Assembly (NCBI GenBank): GCA_963842525.1
Contig: CAWJGT010000001.1
Span: 96,001-160,000, forward strand
Length of the DNA stretch: 64,000 nucleotides
From: an uncultured Holophagales bacterium
GTDB lineage: Bacteria > Acidobacteriota > Thermoanaerobaculia > Multivoradales > UBA5704
Direction: 5' to 3'
Translations under genes and position numbers: made by a program
Shown here: in pieces, positions 21,164 to 30,319 of the stretch
How the letters are laid out: every line of letters begins with the position of its first letter
How positions within the stretch are numbered: position 1 is the first letter of the stretch
Notes under the pieces: model-generated
Told to the model about the DNA's origin: nothing
The model's database searches: none
What the model saw: only the letters and a program-made list of their open reading frames with translations

Positions 21164-21209
21164 TTGACAACATCGGACGTCCCGCTTACTGTACCGCATG
21201 TATAACACA
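21164..21209 (+). promoter_or_regulatory. sigma70 promoter TTGACA-N17-TACTGT with overlapping YtrA-type operator
   Basis: TTGACA 21164-21169 and TACTGT 21187-21192; imperfect palindrome tgtaccgcatgtataaca just before the gntR start. Confidence 0.65.
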
Positions 21210-21211
21210 CC

Positions 21212-21607
21212 GTGATGATCCTGCGCATCGAGCCCGCCGACCCCCGCCCGATCTGGAGGCAGATCGAGGAGGGGGTGCAGAACCTGGTGGCGAGCGGCGC
21301 GCTCCCCGCCGGTACCGCCGTCCCGTCGGTGCGCGACCTTGCGCGGGACCTCCAGGTGAACCCGGCCACGGTGTCGAAGGCCTATCAGCGGCTCACCGAT
21401 GCCGGGGTGCTCGCCGTGCGTCGGGGCGAGGGGACGTTCGTCTCCGCCACCCCACCCTCCCTGCCGATGGAGACCCGCCGGCAGAAGCTGCACCACGGCG
21501 CCGTGCGTTACGCCAGCCTGGGGATCACTCTGGGGGTCAGCCGCGAGGAGGCGATCGAGAGCCTTGCGGAGGTCTGGCGGAGCCTGGTCGATGGAGGAGA
21601 GGAATGA
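21212..21607 (+). CDS. GntR family (YtrA subfamily) regulator
   Basis: PIWRQIEE, PSVRDLARDLQVNPATVSKAY and RRGEGTFV; short C-terminal domain. Confidence 0.92.
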   Translation: MMILRIEPADPRPIWRQIEEGVQNLVASGALPAGTAVPSVRDLARDLQVNPATVSKAYQRLTDAGVLAVRRGEGTFVSATPPSLPMETRRQKLHHGAVRYASLGITLGVSREEAIESLAEVWRSLVDGGEE

Positions 21608-22486
21608 GCCTGATTCGGGTCGAAGCCCTGACCGTCCGCTACGGCCGCCGCCGCGCACTCGACGGCGTGTCGTTCGAGGTGCCTGAAGGATCGGTCTACG
21701 CCCTGCTGGGCCGCAACGGAGCGGGCAAGTCGTCGCTCGTGCGCTGCCTCCTCGGCACGCAACGCGCCGCAGCGGGCCGCGCAGTGCTCTTCGACCGGGA
21801 CGTCTGGCGGGCGCGCGCCGCGGTCCTCGCGGAGGTCGGCGTGGTCCCTGAGGAGCCGGACGCGCCGCAGACCATGTCCGCGCTCCAGCTTTCCCGTTTT
21901 TGTGCCCGCCTCTACCCGCGCTGGGACGAGGCCGGCCTGCGCGCACGGCTGGAGCGGTTCCGGGTCCCCGCGGACCTGGCCTTCGGCCGGCTTTCGAAGG
22001 GGCAGAAGGCCCAGGTGTCTCTCGCCCTTGCCCTCGCCCCCACGCCGCGCCTCCTGATCCTGGACGACCCGACGCTGGGGCTCGACCCGGTGGCGCGGCG
22101 GTCGGTCTTCGACGAGCTGATCGGCGAGCTGGCCGACCGCGGAACCACGGTCTTCCTCACCAGCCACGACCTGGCGGGGGTCGAAGGGATCGCCGACCGG
22201 GCCGGTATCCTGCAGGACGGGCGCCTGCTGGTCGACGAGGAGGTCGAGAGCCTCAAGCAGAGGTTCCGCCGCATCAGCCTCCCGGGCGCGGCGGAGGCTC
22301 CGGAAGCTCGCGGAGCTGGCACCCCTCGCAGTCGCTGTCCGCGGCTGGGGGGTGGAAGCCGTGGTCGGCGGTTGGGACGAGGATCGGTCCACGGACCTGC
22401 TGTACGGCCCCGGGGACCGCGCCGAGGTCTCGGCCCTGACGCTCGAGGAGATCTTCCTCGCCCTGGTGGAAGGAGACCGCCGGTGA
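21604..22486 (+). CDS. ABC transporter ATP-binding protein (frameshift near 22300)
   Basis: GRNGAGKS, LSKGQ, ILDDP and TSH; C-terminal LTLEEIFLALV lies in a shifted frame ending at TGA 22486. Confidence 0.85.
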
Positions 22487-24417
22487 GAGGTTTCGTTGCC
22501 GTCGTCCGTCGTGAGATCGCCGAATACCGTCTCCTCTTCCCCGCTGCCTTCCTGATCGGGCTGGTCGCCCTGGCGACGCCCTGGCTGCCCGGTACTCGCG
22601 GCCACGCCCCTGCTGATCTCCGCGGCGCTGCCGCGTTCTCCCTTGCTGCCATCGTCACCCTCGTCCTTTCCGTGGTGCTGGGGTCTTCGGTCTTCGCGCG
22701 CGATCTGGCAGAGAGACGGCTGGGTTTCTATTTCGCGCGTCCCCTGCCGGGATGGGCCCTATGGGCCGGCAAGCTGGTCGCCGCCGTGATCCTCGCTCTC
22801 GCCGCCGGAATCCTGGTGCTCGTGCCCTCGGTTGCCGCCGGCGGGCACATGGACCTGGGTGGTTCCTGGTGGCTCGGCGGCCTGCTGCCGGGGGATGTCG
22901 GGGAGCTGGTCCCCTTCCTGATCCTCGGAGTGCTCTCGCTCCTGCTCGCCGCGCACACCTTGAGCACCATGGTCCGCGCGCGGTCCCCCTGGCTCCTGCT
23001 CGACCTCCTGGCCGCCCTCGCCGTGGCCGCCGCCTTCCAGGCCTGCCGGGGAAGCCTGTTGAGCGAGGGCGCGGTCGAGGCGTTCAACCGGGGCGCTACC
23101 CTTTTCTTCCTGGCCATTTTTTTCTCTGCGCTGCTGGCCAGCGCGGTCCAGGTGATCCGTGGGCGGACGGACCTCCGCCGTGGGCACCGCCTGCTCTCCC
23201 TCACGCTCTGGGGATGCCTGGGGATCGCCAGCGCGGCTTTTGCGGGCTATGCCGGCTGGGTCCTCCGTGTCGAGCCCGAAGACCTGACCCAGCTCGATCG
23301 CATCGTTCCGGCCCCGGCCGGTACCTGGATCGGACTGGCGGGAGGGACCTCAGGCCGCGGGAGGCTCTACCGGCCGGCGTTCCTCTTCGACGCGGCATCG
23401 GGCCGGTTCCTCCGTATCCGGAACGCGGGCTACGACTACTACTGGTGGCACCAGCCTTTCTTTTCGGCCGACGGGCGGCGGGCGGTCTGGCTGGACCACC
23501 ACACCCACGCCGTGCAGAGCCTGGACCTCGCCCGGCCCGGGGCCGAGCCGGTCAGCCTGCCGGTCGTCTATCCGGACTTGCCGCGGTACATCGTCATGTC
23601 CCCCGGCGGGACCCGGATCGCCGCTCTCCGCGACGATCGGCTGACTGTCGACGATCTGTCGGCGGGGCGGCTCCTTGCCTCGGTGCCGACGAGGTTCGAC
23701 TACGGCGACCGGGCCGTCTTCGTGGACGAACAGCGGCTCCGGATCTACCGGACCTCCCGCGACCCCGCGTCGGCCCTGAGCGGGCGCCGGCATCTCGAGA
23801 TCCTGGAGCTCGACGTCGACGCCCGCCGCCTCCGCACGCTCGGTCGGCTGGCGTACGGCGGCGGGCTCTGGTCCATGAGCCCCGATGGGGAGCACATCCT
23901 CCTGCGGGAGAACCACAAAGAGGCCCGGCTGGTCGACGTGGGCACCGGCAGGACCCTCACCTCGATCGCAGCGGAACCGTTGCTGGTCGCCGAGGATTTC
24001 CTCGCCGACGGCAGGATCGTCCTGGTCAGCCGGGATCCGTCACGGCAGCGGACGACTTTGACGGTGCTGGACCGGGACGGTACCGAGCGCAGCCGCGCTG
24101 TCTTCGCGGCGAGCCGCCTCCTCCTCGGCGGGCAGCCTCTGCCCGGGTCGCTGGTGGTGGCCACGAGCCGCGTGCGTGGGAGCTACACCTCCCAGCGCTG
24201 GACCTCCTGGCTGGTTGACCTCGCGACGGGCCGCGTGCGGACGCTCGGCCAGGGTCTGGTGCCGGTGACCGTTCGCCCTATCGGCCCCCAGAGCATCGCC
24301 TCGCGGCTGTTCGCCACGGGGCATGGTGGCCTCGTCCTCCTCGACCCGGTCACCGGCCGCCGGCGGACCGTACTGGAACCAGGCTCTCCTGACCTCGGTT
24401 CTCCTGACACCCCCTGA
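22483..24417 (+). CDS. ABC-2-type permease fused to a beta-propeller extracellular domain
   Basis: VVRREIAE...DLAERRLGFYFARP and TM helices, then FSADG/MSPGG/MSPDG propeller repeats. Confidence 0.78.
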   Translation: MRGFVAVVRREIAEYRLLFPAAFLIGLVALATPWLPGTRGHAPADLRGAAAFSLAAIVTLVLSVVLGSSVFARDLAERRLGFYFARPLPGWALWAGKLVAAVILALAAGILVLVPSVAAGGHMDLGGSWWLGGLLPGDVGELVPFLILGVLSLLLAAHTLSTMVRARSPWLLLDLLAALAVAAAFQACRGSLLSEGAVEAFNRGATLFFLAIFFSALLASAVQVIRGRTDLRRGHRLLSLTLWGCLGIASAAFAGYAGWVLRVEPEDLTQLDRIVPAPAGTWIGLAGGTSGRGRLYRPAFLFDAASGRFLRIRNAGYDYYWWHQPFFSADGRRAVWLDHHTHAVQSLDLARPGAEPVSLPVVYPDLPRYIVMSPGGTRIAALRDDRLTVDDLSAGRLLASVPTRFDYGDRAVFVDEQRLRIYRTSRDPASALSGRRHLEILELDVDARRLRTLGRLAYGGGLWSMSPDGEHILLRENHKEARLVDVGTGRTLTSIAAEPLLVAEDFLADGRIVLVSRDPSRQRTTLTVLDRDGTERSRAVFAASRLLLGGQPLPGSLVVATSRVRGSYTSQRWTSWLVDLATGRVRTLGQGLVPVTVRPIGPQSIASRLFATGHGGLVLLDPVTGRRRTVLEPGSPDLGSPDTP

Positions 24418-24588
24418 GCTGTCTGATCAGAAGGAGAGGTGAGGACGCAGCGCCTCGTCTTTCGTTCCTGGAGTTGATCGGGCCGGACTCCGCAGTTGAA
24501 CCGGGCCGGGGATTCGGGGACTCACCGATTCGGGGGCCGTCCGGTAAAACGATTCGGGCCGCTGCTGCGTATATGAAAGAGGAAAACC

Positions 24589-24852
24589 ATGCGAAGCGCC
24601 ATGACATCCCGACCGCAGCCCCCGGCTCGCGCCGCATCGCCGGCCCCGCGCGATACCTCCATCGGAGGGGTCGCCGATTCCCTGCGCGAGCTCCGCCATG
24701 CCGACACCGCCATCCGGCAGGTCGACCTCTGCCTCGGGCAACGGCGCCTCCTGCACCGCCAGCCCTGGCGCCAGCCGCTCCGCCGTCCCGGCGAGACAGT
24801 CTCGGTCCTCGAGAGCATCCGCCGCTTCGAAGCGCGCGCGCGGCTGCACTGA
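24589..24852 (+). CDS. small hypothetical protein (87 aa)
   Basis: GAGG RBS, GC3-biased codons, ECF-like promoter upstream and terminator downstream. Confidence 0.5.
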   Translation: MRSAMTSRPQPPARAASPAPRDTSIGGVADSLRELRHADTAIRQVDLCLGQRRLLHRQPWRQPLRRPGETVSVLESIRRFEARARLH

Positions 24853-24929
24853 GCCACCCCTGCGTCCCATTTGAACCTTCCGGGCGCCGGGAGGGACCAA
24901 CTGACCGAGGCCGCCCTCCAGCCTCCTCC

Positions 24930-24988
24930 AAGCCGCCGTGTGGGATAGCGCTCGCCGGGAGCGCAGTCGCCGCAGGCGGTCTTTTTTT
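24930..24988 (+). terminator. intrinsic terminator upstream of the arg promoter
   Basis: gccgcc...ggcggt stem followed by a T7 run (24982-24988). Confidence 0.6.
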
Positions 24989-25020
24989 GTGCAGGGCGGG
25001 AGAGGGGAGAAAGAGGTCTC

Positions 25021-25058
25021 TTGACAGGCTCACTCGTCTGATGCATTCTCATGCGCAT
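25021..25058 (+). promoter_or_regulatory. arg operon promoter with ARG box
   Basis: TTGACA 25021-25026, N17, CATTCT; overlapping TGCAT-tctc-ATGCG resembles the ArgR box TGMAT-N4-ATKCA. Confidence 0.7.
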
Positions 25059-25090
25059 CGTTTTGCGGACGATGAGGACGAAAGACGACG

Positions 25091-25549
25091 ATGCCAGCCG
25101 ACACGGAGAACCGGGACAAGCGCCACCAGGAGATCCTCGAGATCCTCCGGGAGACGCGCGTGGCCAGCCAGGGAGAGCTGGTGGAAATGCTGCACGCACG
25201 CGGGTTCTCGTGCACGCAGTCGAGCGTCAGCCGCGACCTGCGGGACCTGGGCATCGCCCGCATCGCCGGACGCTACGTGGTCCCGGCGCGAAATGACGAC
25301 GCCGACCTGGGTTTCCGCGAAATCATGCACTTTGTGCGCGGCTGCAAGCCCGCCGGGACCAACCTGACCGTCGTCTTCACCTCCGTGGGCGCCGCGCAGT
25401 CGGTCGCCCTCGCCATCGACCGGGCCGCTTGGTCCGAGGTCGTGGGCACCATGGCCGGCGACGACACCATCTTCGTCGCCACGGGCAGCGCCCACGACCA
25501 GCAGCGGTTCATCCAGCGCCTCGATCTTTTCCGGCACGAAGAAAGGTGA
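25091..25549 (+). CDS. argR: arginine repressor
   Basis: SQGELV, TQSSVSRDLRDLG and VGTMAGDDTIF. Confidence 0.95.
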   Translation: MPADTENRDKRHQEILEILRETRVASQGELVEMLHARGFSCTQSSVSRDLRDLGIARIAGRYVVPARNDDADLGFREIMHFVRGCKPAGTNLTVVFTSVGAAQSVALAIDRAAWSEVVGTMAGDDTIFVATGSAHDQQRFIQRLDLFRHEER

Positions 25550-25553
25550 CGCC

Positions 25554-26804
25554 ATGTCCGATCCGATCGTGCTCGCCTTCTCCGGCGGGCTGGACACCTC
25601 TTTCTGCATCCCCTTCCTCGCCGAGACGACCGGCCGGCCCGTGGTCACGGTGACGGTGGATACGGGCGGCCTGGACGCCGCCGCCGCGGCCGACCTGGCG
25701 GCGCGCTCGCGCGCCCTCGGGGCCGTGGACCACCTCCTGGTGGACGGCCGGGCCGCCTTCTTCGACCGGGTGCTCCGGTTCCTGGTCATGGGCAACGTCC
25801 GCCGCGGCCAGGTCTATCCGCTGTGCGTCGGCGCGGAGCGGGTGATCCAGGCGCAGGAGGTGGCGAAGGCCGCCGCCCGCCTCGGCACCCGCACGGTCGC
25901 CCACGGCTGCACGGCCGCGGGCAACGACCAGGTCCGTTTCGAGGTTGCCCTGCGCACGCTCGACCCGGGGCTGGAGGTCCTGGCGCCGGTGCGCGACCGG
26001 CCGCTGCCGCGCGCCGAGGAGGTCGCCTTCCTGGAGGCGCGCGGTCTGCCCGTGCCCTCCTTCGGCGCCGCCTATTCGATCAACCGCGGCCTCTGGGGGG
26101 TGACGATCGGCGGGCGCGAGACCCTGGACACGGTCGAGTCGATCCCCGAGACGGCCTGGGTGCTCACCCGGGACGCCTTCGACCGGCCGCTGCCGCCGGC
26201 GCGCCACACGGTCGGTTTCACCGCGGGGGTGCCGTCGTCCCTGGACGGCGAGGAGCTGGCGCCGGTTGTGCTCATCGAGAAAGCGGAGGCGCTCGCGGCG
26301 CCCTACGGCATCGGCCGCGGCATCCACCTGGGCGAGACCATCCTCGGCATCAAGGGCCGGGTGGCCTTCGAGGCGCCGGCCGCCGAGGTGCTCGTCACCG
26401 CGCACCGCGAGCTCGAAAAGCTGACGCTGACCGGCCGGCAGATCCGGGTCAAGGAGACGGTCGCGGCCGTCTACGGTGACCTGGTCCACGAGGGGCAGCA
26501 CCTGGACCCGGTCTGCCGCGACATCGAAGCGCTTCTCCTCAGCTCGCAGGAGCGGGTGACCGGCGAGGTCCATCTCCTCTTCCGGCCGGGGCAGGTCTTC
26601 GTCGAGGGAGTGCGCTCGCCGTTCTCCCTGGTCGCGGCCACGCGCGGCGTCTACGGCGAGGCGGCCGGCGAGTGGACGGCCGAGGACGCCCGCGGCTTTT
26701 CGCGGATCGCCGCCCTGCCCGGGATGCTGCACGCCCGGATGGATCAGGGCGGACCCGGCGGGTCGGGCAAGAACCAGCCCGTTCCTATCGAGGCGGAGGC
26801 CTGA
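25554..26804 (+). CDS. argG: argininosuccinate synthase
   Basis: LAFSGGLDTS, AHGCTAAGNDQVRFE and GIKGRVAFEAPAA. Confidence 0.93.
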   Translation: MSDPIVLAFSGGLDTSFCIPFLAETTGRPVVTVTVDTGGLDAAAAADLAARSRALGAVDHLLVDGRAAFFDRVLRFLVMGNVRRGQVYPLCVGAERVIQAQEVAKAAARLGTRTVAHGCTAAGNDQVRFEVALRTLDPGLEVLAPVRDRPLPRAEEVAFLEARGLPVPSFGAAYSINRGLWGVTIGGRETLDTVESIPETAWVLTRDAFDRPLPPARHTVGFTAGVPSSLDGEELAPVVLIEKAEALAAPYGIGRGIHLGETILGIKGRVAFEAPAAEVLVTAHRELEKLTLTGRQIRVKETVAAVYGDLVHEGQHLDPVCRDIEALLLSSQERVTGEVHLLFRPGQVFVEGVRSPFSLVAATRGVYGEAAGEWTAEDARGFSRIAALPGMLHARMDQGGPGGSGKNQPVPIEAEA

Positions 26805-26805
26805 G

Positions 26806-27894
26806 ATGAAGACGATCGTCCTGGACAAGATCGCCTCGGTCACCCGTTCCTGCCAGCTCAAGCGGGAGGTGCGAGTGAGCTCCCAGATCCCCTGCGAGGA
26901 GGGGGTGGTGGTCGCGGTGCGCGTGCTCAACGACAAGAGCACCTATAACCAGCTCGAGCTGCCCAGCGGGCGGATGGCCCAGGTCAAGCGCGGAGACATC
27001 GTCGCCGGAGCCCTCGGGCACCGGCACGCCCTGTTCGGCTACGCCGGTCATCTGCCGGAGCGGCTGGCCCCGGGCGACCGCATCCAGCTTCTGAACATGG
27101 GCGGGGTGCTGGGGGTCTTTGATGGCGGCAGCCCGGACCTCGGCCTGCCCTTCGAGTGCGAGGTGCTCGGGGCCATCCTGACCTTTCCCTACCTGGGAGA
27201 GCGGATCGGCGTGGCCGCCCGGATCGGCGATGTCGGCGGCGTACCCCTCGACCCGGCGGCGCCTCTCACCTCGGGCGGCGTGCCGGTGATCGCTCTCGTC
27301 GGCTCCTGCATGAACTGCGGCAAGACCGCCGCGGCCTGCGCCCTGGTCCGCGAGCTGAGCCACGCCGGCCTGACGGTCGACGGCTTCAAGGCCACCGGCG
27401 TGTCGCTGCGCCGCGACGTGCTGGCCATGGAGGACGCCGGGGCGCGCAAGACGGCCCTGTTCACCGACCTCGGCGTGGTCGCGACGAGCGACGCCAACGC
27501 CCCGGCGGTGACCCGGACGCTGCTGACCCGTCTCGCCGCGGGCCGGCCGGACGCCCTCGTGGCCGAGCTCGGCGACGGCCTGCTCGGCGCCTACGGCGTA
27601 GCCGCCATCCTGGACGACCCGGAGATCCGCGCCGCCTTCACCGCCGTGGTGCTCGCGGCCAACGATCCGGTCGCAGCCTGGGGCGGGGTGCGCATCCTGC
27701 GCGAGAGGTTCGGTATCGAGCCGGTAGCGGTGACCGGCCCGGCCACGGACAATCTGGCGGGGACGCGGATCCTGGAGGAGCAGCTCGGGATTCCGGCGAT
27801 CAATGCGCGGACGGACGCTCCACGGCTGGCGGAGCTGGTGCGGGCGCGCCTGGGAGTCGGGATCGACCGGATTGGGGTGGAGGTGGTGGCGTGA
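26806..27894 (+). CDS. DUF1611-like P-loop protein embedded in the arg operon
   Basis: VGSCMNCGKT P-loop, FKATG, FTDLG and ELGDGLLG; translationally coupled to argG and argC. Confidence 0.75.
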   Translation: MKTIVLDKIASVTRSCQLKREVRVSSQIPCEEGVVVAVRVLNDKSTYNQLELPSGRMAQVKRGDIVAGALGHRHALFGYAGHLPERLAPGDRIQLLNMGGVLGVFDGGSPDLGLPFECEVLGAILTFPYLGERIGVAARIGDVGGVPLDPAAPLTSGGVPVIALVGSCMNCGKTAAACALVRELSHAGLTVDGFKATGVSLRRDVLAMEDAGARKTALFTDLGVVATSDANAPAVTRTLLTRLAAGRPDALVAELGDGLLGAYGVAAILDDPEIRAAFTAVVLAANDPVAAWGGVRILRERFGIEPVAVTGPATDNLAGTRILEEQLGIPAINARTDAPRLAELVRARLGVGIDRIGVEVVA

Positions 27895-29117
27895 GGCCTC
27901 ACCCCCTGTCCCCCTCTCCCATCTCCCACCCGCCCTATCCCCGGGAGAGGGGGGACGTTGCTCAGGCGATTCCGGCGAGCCCGGGCTCAGGAGCTCCGCA
28001 TACGTCCCCCCTCTCCCGGCGGGGGGTGGAAGGGAGATGGGAGAGGGGGACAGGGGGTGAGGTCTCCGCCCTTATCCTCGGCGGCTCCGGCTATGTGGCA
28101 GGCGAGCTGCTGCGGCTGCTGGCCGGCCATCCGGTGCTGCGCCCGGTCGCCGTGGTGTCGGAGAGCCAGGCGGGGGAGATGGTGGAATCCGCCTTTCCTC
28201 ATCTCGCCGGCTGCTTTCCAGGGCTGGCGTTCTCCCGTCGGGAAGATCTCGCTGGTGTCTTCGAATCGCTCGCGGGCGAGACAGCAGCCATCTTCTGCGC
28301 GGCTCCCCATGGCGCGGCGGCGGCGCTGCTCGATGGCGTGCTCGCCGAGGCGGAGGGGGCCGGGGTGGAGGCCCGGGCGGTCGACCTGTCGGCCGATTTC
28401 CGGTTCGGGTCGGCGGAGGCTTATACGGCGGTCTATGGCCATCCGCATGGCGCGCCGGAGCGCCTGGCCTCATTCTCCTGCGCGGTGCCCGAGCATGCAG
28501 CGGAGGTTTCGACCCCTCATGTGGGCCACCCGGGGTGCTTCACCACCTCGGTGCTGATGGCGACGGTCCCCTTGCTGCGGCTGGGCCTGGTGGAGCCGCG
28601 GGTCTCGGCCGTGGCGGTGACCGGCAGCACCGGCGCGGGGCGCACGCCGACCGCCACGACCCACCACCCGGCGCGGCGGAGCAACCTTTTTGCGTACAAC
28701 CCGTTGAAGCACCGGCACGGGCCGGAGATGCGGGCGCTCGCGGCGGCTGCTTCGGGGGTGGAGGCGGAGATCTGGTTCGTTCCGCAGGCCGGACCGTTCG
28801 CCCGCGGTATCTATGCCACGGTGCAGGCGCGGCTGGCGGAGCCCCGGTCCGCGGCGGAGGTCCGGGAAGCGCTGGCCTCTTTCTATAAGGATGCGCCGTT
28901 CGTCGATGTCCTGGCCGAGCCGCCGCGCCTCCAGGACGTAGTGGGGACCAACCGCTGCCGCCTGAGCGTCGCGGTGGACGGCGATCATCTGGTCGTCTTC
29001 TCGACGATCGACAACCTGGTCAAGGGAGCCGCCGGGGGCGGCATCCAGTGGATGAACCGGCTCCTCGGGCTGCCCGAGACCGCCGGTCTGACTCAGCCCG
29101 GGCCGGGCTGGCTGTGA
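27891..29117 (+). CDS. argC: N-acylglutamyl-phosphate reductase
   Basis: ILGGSGYVAGELLRLL, VDLSADFR, HPGCFTT, TGSTGAG and IDNLVKGAAG; start uncertain because the first ~57 codons are the palindromic repeat. Confidence 0.9.
   Translation: MRPHPLSPSPISHPPYPRERGDVAQAIPASPGSGAPHTSPLSRRGVEGRWERGTGGEVSALILGGSGYVAGELLRLLAGHPVLRPVAVVSESQAGEMVESAFPHLAGCFPGLAFSRREDLAGVFESLAGETAAIFCAAPHGAAAALLDGVLAEAEGAGVEARAVDLSADFRFGSAEAYTAVYGHPHGAPERLASFSCAVPEHAAEVSTPHVGHPGCFTTSVLMATVPLLRLGLVEPRVSAVAVTGSTGAGRTPTATTHHPARRSNLFAYNPLKHRHGPEMRALAAAASGVEAEIWFVPQAGPFARGIYATVQARLAEPRSAAEVREALASFYKDAPFVDVLAEPPRLQDVVGTNRCRLSVAVDGDHLVVFSTIDNLVKGAAGGGIQWMNRLLGLPETAGLTQPGPGWL
27897..28062. repeat. REP/REPIN-like palindromic element inside the argC 5' end
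   Basis: cctcaccccctgtccccctctcccatctccc ... gggagatgggagagggggacagggggtgagg perfect outer inverted repeat. Confidence 0.88.
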
Positions 29118-29130
29118 GGAGGGGAGAACG

Positions 29131-30319
29131 ATGATGATGGTGGTTTCCGCCGAGAGCGCGCTCGACCCGACCGCCGAAGAGCGGCGCTGGCTGCTGCCGG
29201 TCTATCCGCATGCGCCTTTCGAGCCGGTGAGCGGCGAGGGCGCGCTCCTCCGCACCCGGGACGGCCGGGAGCTGATCGACTTCTATGGCGGCCACGCCGT
29301 GGCCCTGCTGGGCTACGGCCACCCGCGTCTCCTGGCAGCCCTCGCCGAGCAGGCGAAGACTCTCTTCTTCCAGAGCAACGTGGTGCCGCTGGAGGTGCGC
29401 GCCCGTGCCGGGCGGCGGCTCGTCGAGTGGGGACCCGAAGGCCTCTCCCGCGCTTTCCTGGTCAACAGCGGCGCCGAGGCCAATGAGAACGCCCTGCGCC
29501 TCGCCTTCCGGCGCACCGGCCGGCGGCGGGTCGTCGCCATCGAAGGCGCCTTCCATGGCCGGACCGCCGCGGCGGGTGCCCTCACCTGGGGCTCGAAGCG
29601 CTGGTACGGCTTCCCGCAGGCGCCGTTCGACGTGACCTTCGTGCCGCGGGGCGACCTGGACGCTCTCGAGCAGGCCCTCATCGCCGATCGCGGGGCCGCG
29701 GCCCTGATCGTCGAGCCGGTCCAGGGACAGGCGGGGGCCTACGCGCTCGGCGCCGAGTACCTGCAGGCCGCCCGCAAGTTGACCTGGCGGGCCGGCGCCG
29801 TGCTCATCTTCGACGAGGTCCAGTGCGGCATGGGCCGGACCGGTCAGCCCTTTGCGGCCCAGGCGTACGGCGTCACGCCCGATCTCTTGACGACGGCCAA
29901 GGGGCTCGCCGGCGGCTTCCCGGCCGGCGCCGTCCTGGTGACCGACGAGCTGGCGGCGGGGCTTGGCGACGGCGACCTGGGGACGACCTTCGGCGGCGGC
30001 CCCCTGGCCTGCGCCCTGATCGAGGCGGTGATCGGCGCCATCGAGGACGAGGGGCTCCTGCCGCACGTGCGGCGGCTCTCCGCCCGCATCCGCGAGACCT
30101 GCTGCGTGGGGCCGGTGACCGACATCCAGGGCGAGGGCTTCCTCCTCGGCCTGCGCACCGCGCGGCCGGCGAAGGAAATCCACGCCGAGCTGATCGACAA
30201 GGGGATCTTCACCGGCACGAGCGGCGATCCCCACATCGTGCGTCTCCTGCCGCCGCTGGTCCTCGCAGAGAGTCCACGTCGACGCCCTGGCCGCGGCCCT
30301 CCGGGAGATCCGGCCATGA
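29131..30319 (+). CDS. argD: N-acylornithine aminotransferase (class III; frameshift near 30270)
   Basis: NSGAEANE, FHGRT, EPVQG, FDEVQCGMGRTG, AKGLAGG and TTFGG; natural end HVDALAAALREIRP* is in a shifted frame. Confidence 0.9.

Noticed and set aside
20704-24417. 1237-aa ABC ATPase-permease fusion
   Set aside because: Read-through caused by an indel near 22300 plus a spurious upstream extension; separate starts at 21604 and 22483
24855-24990. 6S RNA or T-box leader for the arg operon
   Set aside because: Only a short ttgaacc similarity to 6S and no T-box motif; the arg promoter and ARG box lie downstream of the terminator
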